A stretch of 49,170 bases of DNA, filler included, from Jimgerdemannia flammicorona (taxonomy: Eukaryota): NCBI GenBank assembly GCA_003990765.1. It is 2 parts of 2 records of this genome, joined end to end, with 100 filler letters (N's around TTAATTAATTAA, not from the genome) between each part and the next. Parts side by side here need not be neighbours in the genome. Positions count along the whole stretch, not along the records: positions 24,636 to 49,170 come from RBNJ01000965.1; 1 more part is not named here. One strand, given 5' to 3'. The position numbers and the translations under genes were made by a program. The notes beneath the pieces were generated by a model that saw only the letters and a program-made list of their open reading frames with translations, was not told where the DNA came from and did not search any database. Positions 26,068 through 36,369 of the stretch are shown in pieces; positions within the stretch are counted from its first letter, which is position 1, and every line of letters begins with the position of its first letter.

Positions 26068-26111
26068 TCAGCCCCCACTGAAGAGTAGTCTGTCTCAGAC
26101 TATTCTTCAGT
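26068..26111 (-). promoter_or_regulatory. Polypurine tract and adjacent 16-bp stem-loop of element A
   Basis: Minus strand GTGGGGGCTGA abuts the LTR; stem ACTGAAGAGTAGTCTG (26077-26092), loop TCT, CAGACTATTCTTCAGT (26096-26111), one mismatch. Confidence 0.8.
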
Positions 26112-26144
26112 CATCATCCCAATAAGCATAGGCTGCTTCTGCAT

Positions 26145-26621
26145 CTATACCTGTCTATTATCTTTATTGTCTGTACTGGGGTTACTCCATTCTAGGGGCT
26201 CTTCTTCTTCTTCAGAGAATAGGATTTCGACAGAGTTGATGATGCTCAGATAAGTAACAGGGTTCATTCTTTGAATATCATTCAGGGAGAATTGTGCCTG
26301 TGTCAGGGCTGTGACATTTTGTTTATAAATGGTGTATAGTCTGTCTGCGGCAGTAGTGTCTCTTCTGGTCAGACCTGTAGTGTTTCTGATATAGGTTTGT
26401 TCTGGGGCTGGGAGGTTCTGTAACTGTTCACCGATTGCATAATAGGCCTGCAGTTGGTGGACTTGTAGTAGGCATCTGGCCAAGGTGAGATTTTCTTGAT
26501 GAGCTTGGATCCTTTGAAGGGGGCTTCTATTGGCTTGGCCGAATTGGGGTAGAGGAACAGGTAGGGCTTGGAAGGAGCTGAGGACCAATGTCTGGAGGCG
26601 CTGATCAATTCTTTGGCTCAT
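26145..26621 (-). CDS. ORF3 of element A: 158-aa protein of unknown function downstream of integrase
   Basis: Open frame MSQRIDQRL...QAYYAIGEQL...AADRLYTIY...; its ATG (26621-26619) overlaps the true pol stop (ATGA). Homologous to ORF3 of element B; acidic C-terminal tail; no obvious TM segment. Confidence 0.8.
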   Translation of the reverse strand: MSQRIDQRLQTLVLSSFQALPVPLPQFGQANRSPLQRIQAHQENLTLARCLLQVHQLQAYYAIGEQLQNLPAPEQTYIRNTTGLTRRDTTAADRLYTIYKQNVTALTQAQFSLNDIQRMNPVTYLSIINSVEILFSEEEEEPLEWSNPSTDNKDNRQV

Positions 26622-29600
26622 GGTGTGGAGGGGAAATATAGTTTGAGGTGATTGATGTGTACTGGTGTTCTCAGGGTTCATCTATCCATGCTTCTTAAAT
26701 AGATGCTGGTTCCTTTGATGTTGTGTACAAGGTAAGGTCCTTCCCATTTCGGTTCCAGTTTGGCGGCAAAGTTTGTCTCAATCATGCTTCTCCAGACTAG
26801 GACTTGATCTCCAATCTTGATCTCCTGATCTTTCTGTTTTTGGTTATAATACTTCTTTTGTCTTTCCTGGGCTTTGATAATCTGTCCTTGGGCTTGATTT
26901 TGTAACTGTTCTGCCTTGTTGAGGAGGTCTCCAAGATTCTCATGGTCAGCAGTTCTGGTTTCCTTGGCAAACATTATTTCGAATGGCTTTTGTTTGGTGG
27001 ATGTAGCAGGGGTATTTCGAATTTCCTATAGGATCTCAGGTAAGCAGAGGTCCCAATTAGTAGGGTTGACTCGGGCAAGTCCTTTCTTGATGGTCTGGTT
27101 CATTCTTTCTGTCATGCCATTGGTCTGGGGGTGGTATGATGTGGTCCTTTTGAGGTGGATCTTATGAATTCGGACATAACTTGTGATTATGTTGTTGATG
27201 AACTCTGTGCCTCGGTCAGAGATGAGTTCTTCTGGGGGTCCATATCTGAGTGTGAGCCCATGGAGGAGGCCCACAATGGTTAAGGCATCTGCGATTTCCA
27301 TTGGGAAAGCCTCGGGCCACTTGGTCAGATGTTCTACAAATACAAGGATATATTTGTTTCTTCTTGGTGTAACTGGTAGAGGTCCAATTACATCTACTCC
27401 CCATCTTTGAAAGATGTGAGTGGGTGGGGGAATCGGTTGCAGAGGGGCTTGATAGTTCTTCTTCTCTTGGTACTTCTGGCAGGTGTCACATTTCTGAATA
27501 ATGTCCCGAACTTGAGTTCTGAGGTGGGGCCAATGTTGATATTGTTTTCAAATTCTGTCTTCTATGCTTGTCCATCCTTGGTAGGCTTTCTGATGTTCTC
27601 TTTGGATAAGATCTTCTTGTGCTTTGATGGCCTGAGGAGCTTCCTTTAGGGTGTGGTTCCTTGGGACACCCTTCCTCTGATTCATTAGGGCTGGTGGGAA
27701 AGTACATCAACATTGTTGTGGGCTTTCCCTACTTTGTGAATGATGGTGATTTTGTAATCCTAAAGGATAAGGATCCAGCAGGCTAGAATTCCGGCAGGTT
27801 CCTTGTGGTTGAATAGCCATTTGAGGGCTACATGGTCTGTGATCAGGGTGAACCTTTTTCCGATGAGGTAATGCTTGAACATGGTGACCGCCCATATGAC
27901 TGCAAGGCATTCCAGTTTGGTGCTACCATAGTTCATCTGCTGCTGATTGGTAGCCCTGCTTGCATAAGCTATCACATAGTGCTGTTGATCAGGTCCTTCT
28001 TGGGCTAGAACTGCTCCGAGGCCATCTTTGGAAGCATCTGTATACAAGATGAATGGCTTCTGCAGATTGGGGCGCACAAGGATTGGTGCTGTAGTCATGC
28101 AGTTCTTGAGTTCTCTGAAGGCTTTTTCCTGTGATTCTGTCCACTTGAATGTCATTCCTTTCTTGAGGAGGATTCGGATTGGGGCAGCGATTTGGGCAAA
28201 ATCCTTGATGAACCTTCTGTAGTAAGATACTAGCATCAGGAATGATAGTGTTTCTTTTGGAGTCTTGGATACTGGCCAATTATTGATCTTCTCAGTTTTC
28301 TTTGGGTCTGCATGAGTTCCTTCTTTTGAAACCACAAATCCTAGGAATTCAAGTTTCTGTTTTTCAAAGTAGCATTTCTTTGCATTCAGTCTCAAGTGAT
28401 TCTTACGGGTGAGCTTGAAAAATTCCTCTAGGTGGCGCAGGTGTTCTTCGAAATTTGCTGAATAGATGTTGGAATCATCCATGTATACAATCAGATAGTG
28501 GTGGATCAAGGGGGCATAGACTGAATTCATCATCCTCTGGAAGGTGGGGGGTGTATTGCAAAGTCCAAAGGGCATTCAGAGGTATTCAAACAGTTTTCCT
28601 AGAGCAAGGAAAGCTGTCTTTTGAATGTCCTTAGGGTCCATGGAGATCTCATGGAATCCTGCAAAGAGGTCCATACTGCTGAAGTATCTGGTATCTTGTA
28701 ACTGGTCCAAAAGGTCATCGATTCTGGGCAAAGGATAAGCATCCTTTTCAGTGACTGAGTTGAGTTTTCTGTAATCCACACAGAGTCTCCATCCTCCTTT
28801 CTTTGGTACAATAAGTATAGGGCTGGCCCAGGGGCTAGTAGAGGGTCGGATGACTCCATTGTCTAAGAGTTCTTGGATGTGCTCCTTTTCGAATGTTTTT
28901 AAGTGATGGGGTATTTTATAGGGTTTCTGCCGGATGGGTGTTGCACTTTCTGTATTTATGTTGTGGTGATATGATGGGTTGTATGGCAGGTTGCCATAAT
29001 CGGTAGTGAAGATATCTTGATATTTGTTGAGAAGTTTTACTAATTGTTGCTGTTGTTGAGGTGTCAATTCTTCTCCAATGTTGGTGGAAGGCTTCACTGT
29101 CTCCTGGGTCGCAGAGGGGCCTTTCCTTTCTTCTGGGACCTTTTGCTGTTTCCTGATAGGTTTAGTTCATAAACTTCCCTATGAGTTCGGTTGAGAAAAG
29201 GCACCAGATGTCCTATGATGGTTCCTTTTGGCAAGATGATGGTCTCCCAACTTTGGTTGATTCCTTGGGAGTGTACTGGGTTCATCTTGTCAGGGAATGT
29301 GTGTCCCTCTATGTCTAGGTGTGGGATGTCTTCCTTGGGTTCAAAGAAAAGGTTCCTGGGGTCGGGTGGTGCAAATATTTCGAAGGTAGTTTGTTCTCCA
29401 GGCTCCAGGATGAGATTCTTGTGCAGTCTGACTGGTTGGCGGTATACTTGCTGGGGTATATTCCTCTTGAGGTGGTTGACTTGAAGGAGATGTACCTCTT
29501 TTCTGTCTGAACTTCCAAATCCTTCAGCTTGTCTTGTCCCTTTGGTTAGTCCAGAGACTTCCTGTAACTGTGGGGTCTTGACCTTCATGAAGACTGCTTG

Positions 29601-32600
29601 GGCAATCTTCTGTCCTCTAATGATTCAGTGCCATTCTGCACTGCTGTTGTGTAGGATAACCTTGATTTCGCCTGTATATCCAGGGTCAATAGTTCCTCCT
29701 TCTACAGTTATCTCTTGTCTGGCAAGTCCAGACCTTGAGGTCAGTTGAATATAAGCTCCCTGGGGTAGCTGCATGGCTAATCCTGTTCTGACCATGAAGG
29801 TTTTTCCTGGCTTGATAGATTCATCCTCCAGGCTGTGAAGATCATATCCTATATCCTCTGGGTGGGCTTTGGTCGGGGGTTTGGCCTTGGGGTGCAGCAG
29901 GGCATACTGAGCAATATCCTTGCTGAGTTCGGACTTCCCTAAGGCTGAAGCTCCACTAGCAGAAAGTCTCCAGGCCCTAAGGTTGAGGTGTGGCCATCTG
30001 GCTCCAGTGGAAGGGTCCCGGAGGTAATTGATTCCCCTCCTTCCTGTAGGGTCAAGGGCTTCCATGAAGTTGGTGGCATCTTCTGCCCATCCTTGGTGGG
30101 TTGCATGTCTGATAAGAGCTAGGATGTCTTCTCCTAAATTGTAGATCTTGAGAATTCTTTTTCCAGGCTTCTTGGTCTGGCTTTTTCGAATCTGGCTTTT
30201 TCGGATCTAGCTTCGGTTATCTCCTTTCTTCAGGGTGTGTACTGCAACATCATGACTGAGGTGAATCTTCTGATGTCTGCAGTCTCAACAATCAGGGTAT
30301 CTTCCATGGTTGCAATATCCCATTGCCCGGAAATGATATTCCCAGCTATTTATCTCTTGTTGTCTTGGGAATCAGTACCCATCTTGATCATAGGTTGGGG
30401 GAAGGGTAGACAAGGAATATATGTCTGTTCGGGTGAAGAAGCCTTGTCCCCTAAATCGACTTTGTAACCTTGTGGTGACTTCTTGAAAGGTGGTGGATTG
30501 TGCAAGAGTAGTTGGGGGTTCTGGCCTCTGGGGTCTCTGTCTTTCTTGTTGGTCCAACAGATGGCACTGATAGCAGTAGTCTCAGGGAGAGTGGAAGACC
30601 ATTTGATGTAGACATCTTCCTAGCCAGAAAGCTTTCTCCTGGTGGGTTTCTTTCTTGGGGATGATAGTGATGGTACTGGGTCCTTCCTCTGTATTCCAGG
30701 GGTCATTGTCTTCAGGTGGTGTCCACTGAGAGTCATCCCAGGGGATGAGTTCGGGGACTTCTTCTTCATCAGGTGCTTCTTGTTCAGGAGCTTCTTGGTC
30801 AGAAGTTTCTTCTTCCTCAGATGATTCTTGACCCCAAATTGCTTGTACTTCTGCAGCTTTGGTCGCAGGTATTTCTGGAATATGTCTGCATTTCTTCTTC
30901 TTTCTTCTGCATTCTGGGCAGGCTGCACCAGGCGATTTCCTTTTTCCCATGATCTTGGAGGAGTGCTCGGGACACTTGTGTCTCTTGAGGCATGTGGGGC
31001 ATCCTTTGGCTTCTCCTGCAATGGCTCCAATAGTGATGGGGATGGTGTTCTTAGCCCACACATTGTCTTCTGGTCTATCATCCACCAGGTTAATTCGTGG
31101 ATTGAGTCTGGGATCATTTCCATCTTCGGATTCTTCTTCTTCTTCTGTAGTAGACTCCTCACTGCTGGCATACTCTTCTTAAATGGTGACCTTCTTCTTC
31201 TTCTTTGATTGCTTATAGCTGGTCACTTTAACTCTATACTTCTTGTCTCGGTAGTCAAACTTGAGTACTTGTTGACCGATATCAACAACTGCATTCATTT
31301 CCTTCATCCAGTTAGTGCCAAGAATCATGTCATAGGTGACAGCTTCGGTGACAACAGCTTTGGGGATAGAGAACTGAATGTGTCCAAGAGAGATGGTGAT
31401 ATTTCGTACTTCTCCAAGGGGTTGAGTTCAGGCTCCATCTGCTACTATGATGCTGAGGTTGGATGGTCCATCAATGGGCCATTGGAGGGTGTCCAGGAAT
31501 CGTTTGGCAATGACACAGACAGCTGCTCCTGTGTCTATGAGGATTTTCGCTTTTTGTCCTCCGATATCTCCATGTAAGTAGGTGCTGACATGTCTTTCAG
31601 CTGCTTGAACTGGGATGGAAGCTGGTTCTTGCTGTGGGATTGGAACTCGGCCAGTACTAGACCTGGTGGTTCTTAGCAATTTGTTTCAGACTCCAGCCGG
31701 TGTCAATTGCAAGAACTGCAGGAGAGGAACTTCCATCTTGGCTTCTTGAATCTTCTGCCAGGCTTCATTGTAAATATCCCTAGGTATAGTCTTTGGGGTG
31801 TACTTCTTTTTAGGCTTTGGAGCAACAGGTTCTCGTTCTTCTTGTTCCATTTCTTCATCTTCTGGTGGCAACTCGTTTGTCTCAGGCACAAAAGGTGAGG
31901 GAGTTCGGGGGGGTATTTCAACTTGTTCCTCCTCATGTTCCTCATCTTCCTCTTGAATGATTCTTCTGCTGATGTTCCTGGATGGTCTGCCCACAGGTCT
32001 CTTTCTTTTTTCTGCTGGGTAGACTGTCTTTGGGTAGTAACCTTTGTAGGATACAAGTCTAGGTCACTGTAGTCTTCACTATTGCTTGCTTCCTTGAAAT
32101 CTTCAACAGGATGGGCTTCGGTCTTCTTGTACTGGGTGTCATTCCTTCGGTTTGGTGGTTCTGAGTCCCTTTGGTCACTTCTTTTGTTATCACATTCAGT
32201 GGCATAGTGTCCAAATTGTCCACAGTGGAAGCATTGGACTTGGGTTCTGTCTTGGGCAGGGTACCTTCTTTCTTCTTGCTGGTAATTCCTGTTATCTCTT
32301 GGTAGATAACCTTGGCTCCTCTGTGATGGGTATCCTCTGTTGTTTTGGTAATCCCGATTTTCACATGTGGTGAGTTTTTCAATCTGCCCAACCAATCAGT
32401 CTAACTTGGAGCTGAGGTCTTGAATTTCGCTTCTGTCCTTCTTTCCTTCCTTGGCTGGCCTTCTTTCTTCAGATCTTTCTTGTCCTTGAAGGAGTCCTTG
32501 TAGGGCTTTGACCAGGATATCTTCTTTATCTTCCTTCTTGTCATGGTCACTCCAGGTGGTTCCTTGCCTGACATCAAAGAATTCTTGGGCTGCATCTACT

Positions 32601-33094
32601 TGTTCTTCAGACCTTCTGATGCCTAGGGTGCGGACATGCTGGGCAATATTCGGAGGAATCTCATTCATGAAGGTCATTGGACCTATGATGTCTTGGTTGG
32701 TGGCATTGAACCCGGCAGAGTGCATCCTCTTCTGGATTCTTGTAAAGAAGGCTCTGGGTGATTCTCCAAGATTCATCTTTATTCCCATGATGAATTCCTG
32801 GGCCTTGTGGCGGGTTTCATTTCCTGCATACTTTTCTATAAGCCAGTAGACCATGGCCTGATATTCTAGCTTGTAGGAGACTGCTGCTTGTATCTGTCTT
32901 GCTAGTTCGGAATCTGGGTTGTTTGCTGTTCGATGGAAAATCCCCCTGGCTGGTTCTCTGAGCTGAGCTTTGTAGATGGCGATTTTCCTTTTGTCTGAGA
33001 GATTCCTCAGGGCTGTGATTCCTTCGATTCCATCAAGGAATTCTCTGGGGTCTTCCTCTGGGTATCCTGCAAAGATTGGCAATGAGGTGGCCAT
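26618..33094 (-). pseudogene. gag-pol polyprotein of element A (in-frame stops, a few frameshifts; frame probably extends upstream to ~33600)
   Basis: Gag LPIFAG..EDP..FL and CFHCGQFGHYATEC; protease ILIDTGA; RT WRLCVDYRKLN, YPLPRIDDLL, MPFGL, YMDD; RNase H LYTDAS; integrase ISDRGTEF, YHPQTNGMTERMN, WEGPY, PVHINHLKLY. No chromodomain seen. Confidence 0.95.
29500..29920 (-). pseudogene. dUTPase domain within element A pol, between protease and RT
   Basis: Motifs GYDL (I), SRSGLA (II), GTIDPGYTGEI (III), KIAQAV (IV), RQAEGFGSS (V). Confidence 0.92.
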
Positions 33095-33642
33095 TTCTTC
33101 GTCACTTTCTTCTGATTCTGGTTCAAATTCGGATTCTGATTCAGATTCACTTTCTGAACTGTCACTAGAGACCAGGGTGCTTGGGTATCTTGAAGATGGT
33201 GTTCTGGTCCTTGGATGAGGTAGAGTAGGCCTAGGTATCCTTGTAGGAGCTACTTCTGGTTCTGCAAGAGGTTGTGGTAGGGGTTCTATTGGTGAAATTG
33301 GTGAGACTGGTGTGGGGTATCTGGCTGTAAGGTGTTGGGTCCGGATAATAAAGTCTTCTAGTTCTTGTGCAAGTTCTCCAAAATTTCCAGCAGGGCTGCC
33401 TGTATTGTCTGATTGATCTGGTTAATCTGGTTGAGGATTTCGGACTGTACTGCCTCCTGCTTCTGGTTGAGATCCTTCTGATGCTGGGTAGTTGGCAAGT
33501 CTTGAGGTGATTACTTCTCTTCCTGTCCAGATGCTAGTGATGACTGGTTCTCCTGTAGTGGCAGAGATTGGTATTGTATCAAATGTATCCAGTTTGACTG
33601 TGAGTTCTTGTGAGCTGAAAAGTCACGTCGATTTTGAAATCT

Positions 33643-33660
33643 TTCCCAGTTGAGCCCCCA
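33643..33660 (-). promoter_or_regulatory. Primer binding site of element A, tRNA-Pro-like
   Basis: Minus strand TGGGGGCTCAACTGGGAA, 2 nt from the 5' LTR; 14/18 identical to the canonical tRNA-Pro PBS TGGGGGCTCGTCCGGGAT, two mismatches explicable by CpG decay. Confidence 0.75.
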
Positions 33661-33662
33661 AA

Positions 33663-35005
33663 TGTAATGTGCCAGCTCAATGGAGGCAAATTACAAGGTT
33701 GGGGGTTGATGTAGTTTGGCTTGAGCCCCCAGTTACTTTGTCAAAAAGCAACAAAATGTTCTTGGTGTTTAGCAGTATAATAGTCAAGATCTGGATACTG
33801 TGTGAGTGGTTTCCTTTTTGGGATGGTTCTCTGGGTATAGCGGCGATTTGTATGTGAATGGACTTCTTTCTTGGGTCAACTGGGAATGGTATAATTTGTG
33901 TGGTGTGAGCAGTTTCCTTCTTGAGTGGCGGGTGATTTCTGTGTAGCGCGATGATCTTGTGCGCGATGGTCTGGCAATTTAGCAGTTCTCTTTATGCGAT
34001 TTCTGCATGACGATCTCTGTGTAGCACGACAGGTTCCTTATGCAGGACATTCTGATAATTTCGGCAGATAACTCAATTTGGCTCACTGGAAATTGTATGG
34101 CATGGGTTCTGGAAATAATGCTGGCAGTGGATATCTCAATAACTTGGGCTCACTGGGAACAATGAATAACTTGGACGGCGCAGATTCTTCCTGAATCGGC
34201 TTCGACTGGGAATACTATTTGGATGGCGCGGATTCTTCTGAATCGGGCTCTTCTGGGAATGCAGATAACTCAAAAATGACGGACGATGTGGATTTGGCGG
34301 GCTTCTTGAAAACGGCAGCTTAACTGGGAATTAACTCGGATGGCGCAGATTCTTCCTGAATCGGCGGGATTCTAACTGGGAAATGGTGGCAAAGTTCTTC
34401 CTTGAACTTGGGCGGCAAACTTCAGGCTTATCTGGCAAGCAAACCAATAGTTCCAAAGGCGGTGAAGTTCTTCCTTGAACTTGGCAGCAAATCTTCAAGC
34501 TTTGTATCGGAAAGTGGACCGGAGTGGAAGAGAAGAGAACTAAGCTCACAACTTCTTGGCAGTGGCTCGTTGGCAGGCATATCTCCTAAGTGTTGCAATT
34601 CTTCCTAGATCAAGTGGCTTTTGGCAGGTGTTTCTCCTAAGTGTACCAGACAATTGACTTTTGCTTTGATTTGTATTCAACTTTCGGACTGAGGTTTTTA
34701 TTCACTCTCGCCTCTGGGGTAATTTATACAAGTTGGTTGCTATCTGGTTACTATGTGGCTAACTATAGATCTGCTTCTTATAGCAGATGTACAGAGTCTG
34801 TACGGTGTACAGGACCTGTATAGTGTACAGAGTCTGTATGGTGTACAGAGTCTGTATAGGTAAACAGACCCTTTCTGGTATATCTGGCTATTTATACAGT
34901 TTTCCGCAGCAAGAGTTGCTGGTTACTAAGCTGAGTGTTCACGTCATCTTATTCATATCATCTGGTTTAAGATATGATTCAGGTGGTACATCTTGACTTG
35001 TCACA
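33663..35005 (-). repeat. 5' LTR of element A
   Basis: TGTAATG...GTCACA; same length (1343 bp) as the other LTR. Confidence 0.95.
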
Positions 35006-35870
35006 CTATTATATGGGGCATGCTGCAACAAAACCAGACAAAGTGAACATTTGATATTACTTGATTATTTATTTTTGTCACTGCTTTACTTATAACTTTT
35101 TAATTATTTAATATTTATTATATAATTTGATTAGAGTAAGTAAACCAAAAGTATAACCTAATGTTCTCTATTTTTATACTTCTCTTAAAGTCTTCACTAA
35201 TATTAATAGAACTTTGATATATTATAATTAGGTAGAACATAATTTTTTCAGAAAACATTTTTTCATTTTCATACTATAACTGAATTATTATTAGTAAAAT
35301 ATAAAAATCTGGTATATTTCTTTCATTCAGAACCATCTTAAAGAAAAAAACCATTGTTTTTTATTTTGACTAAAATAATCTATATACTTAACATAACCTT
35401 ATAAAAAAAATATATATAAGTATTATAATATAGCAGATGCTAAGATGGGCAAGTATGTCGGATCTCTTTATCTTGAATTCTTGTCTTCTTGACTCCCAGA
35501 GTCAGTAGTTCCTTGAGGCTAAATGTGTTTAAAGAGGTAATCCTGAAGGTCCTTTTATTGATATACTTGTTCTTTTTCTAACACTTTCGATCTGAGGTTT
35601 ATTCATTCCAAGATACTGGGTTATTTATATAAGTTTGCTGGCTATGAGAGAGTGGCTAAGTAATAAATGAGTCATTTGGACTTTGTTGAAATATTTGGAC
35701 AATGTCTAAATGCTATACTAAATTGGGACATTCAATTTGGATAATGTCTAAGAATTTAGACAATGTCGAAGTTGAGGACTACTAACTATAAGGCTGTACT
35801 ACTTTGGGACTGGGTGTGATCAAGTATCTATTCCCTATTTCCTTCTTCTAATTTTGGCTGTATCATCACA

Positions 35871-35914
35871 ACTTCCTCCTGAATAGATGGTCTCATCCCT
35901 GAGGCATCTATTCA
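35871..35914 (-). promoter_or_regulatory. Polypurine tract and adjacent stem-loop of element B
   Basis: Minus strand AGGAGGAAGT abuts the LTR; TGAATAGATG (35880-35889) pairs with CATCTATTCA (35905-35914), with inner CTCA/TGAG pairing around a 4-nt loop. Confidence 0.78.
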
Positions 35915-36369
35915 AACTTCCAGGCTTCAACTGTCTGTATGGTCTTATACTGTGCAATTTACTGCATGACTGTTTCCCAATGATGTCTTCTCACTTTCTT
36001 GAAGTCAGTGGGGGTTACTCCTCTCAGGTGGTCTATTGCTGGTTCATCTTCTTGGAATAACTTATGGATCCTTTTAGCAATAGTGATCTGTGAGTGGGAG
36101 AGTTGACACTCAGCAATCCAGTCCTCTTTGGTCTTTGCTGGATCTTAATTGAGCACCTGTCCAAGCTTGAAGTACTCTTGGAATTCTGCCCAATATTGAT
36201 AGGCTCTAAAGTGCAAGATCTAAGAGAGATGAGTCTGCACAATACTCTGAATATCCTCATAGTATGCCTCTATGGTTGGAGGCTCAGTAGTGTGCCATTG
36301 TCATTCGATGGCTCTTTGGGCAGTACTAGTGATCTTGAGTGCCATTGCGGTGCTTTGATTATTGGCCAT
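35908..36369 (-). pseudogene. ORF3 of element B (153 codons, four internal stops), missed by the ORF track
   Basis: MANNQSTAMALKITSTAQRAIE*QWH...QEYFKLGQVLN*DPAKTKEDWIAECQLSHSQITIAKRIHKLFQEDEPAIDHLRGVTPTDFKKVRRHHWETVMQ*...WKFE. All four stops revert to R or Q codons by one T>C; the ATG overlaps the pol stop by 11 nt. Confidence 0.8.

Larger units (their letters stand above)
24725..35005 (-). mobile_element. Full-length Ty3/Gypsy LTR retrotransposon A (10.3 kb), dUTPase- and ORF3-bearing, decayed
   Basis: Two 1343-bp LTRs, 4-bp TSD CTAT (24721-24724 / 35006-35009), PBS, PPT, domain order gag-PR-dUTPase-RT-RH-IN-ORF3. Confidence 0.97.

Noticed and set aside
26145..26621. ORF3 as a retroviral env, or as selectively preserved because it is intact
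   Set aside because: No signal peptide, TM helix or furin site seen. Stop-free stretches of similar length occur throughout the decayed pol, so intactness alone shows nothing.
26622..26681. ORF-track start of the 178-aa ORF (MNPENT...)
   Set aside because: That ATG and the overlapping TGA are best explained by one C>T change in the integrase frame, which continues with the conserved PVHINHLKLY. The likely start is 26621.
30880..30930. Captured Zn2Cys6 transcription factor gene
   Set aside because: Only the first three cysteines are present, in frame within the polyprotein; reported only as a motif.
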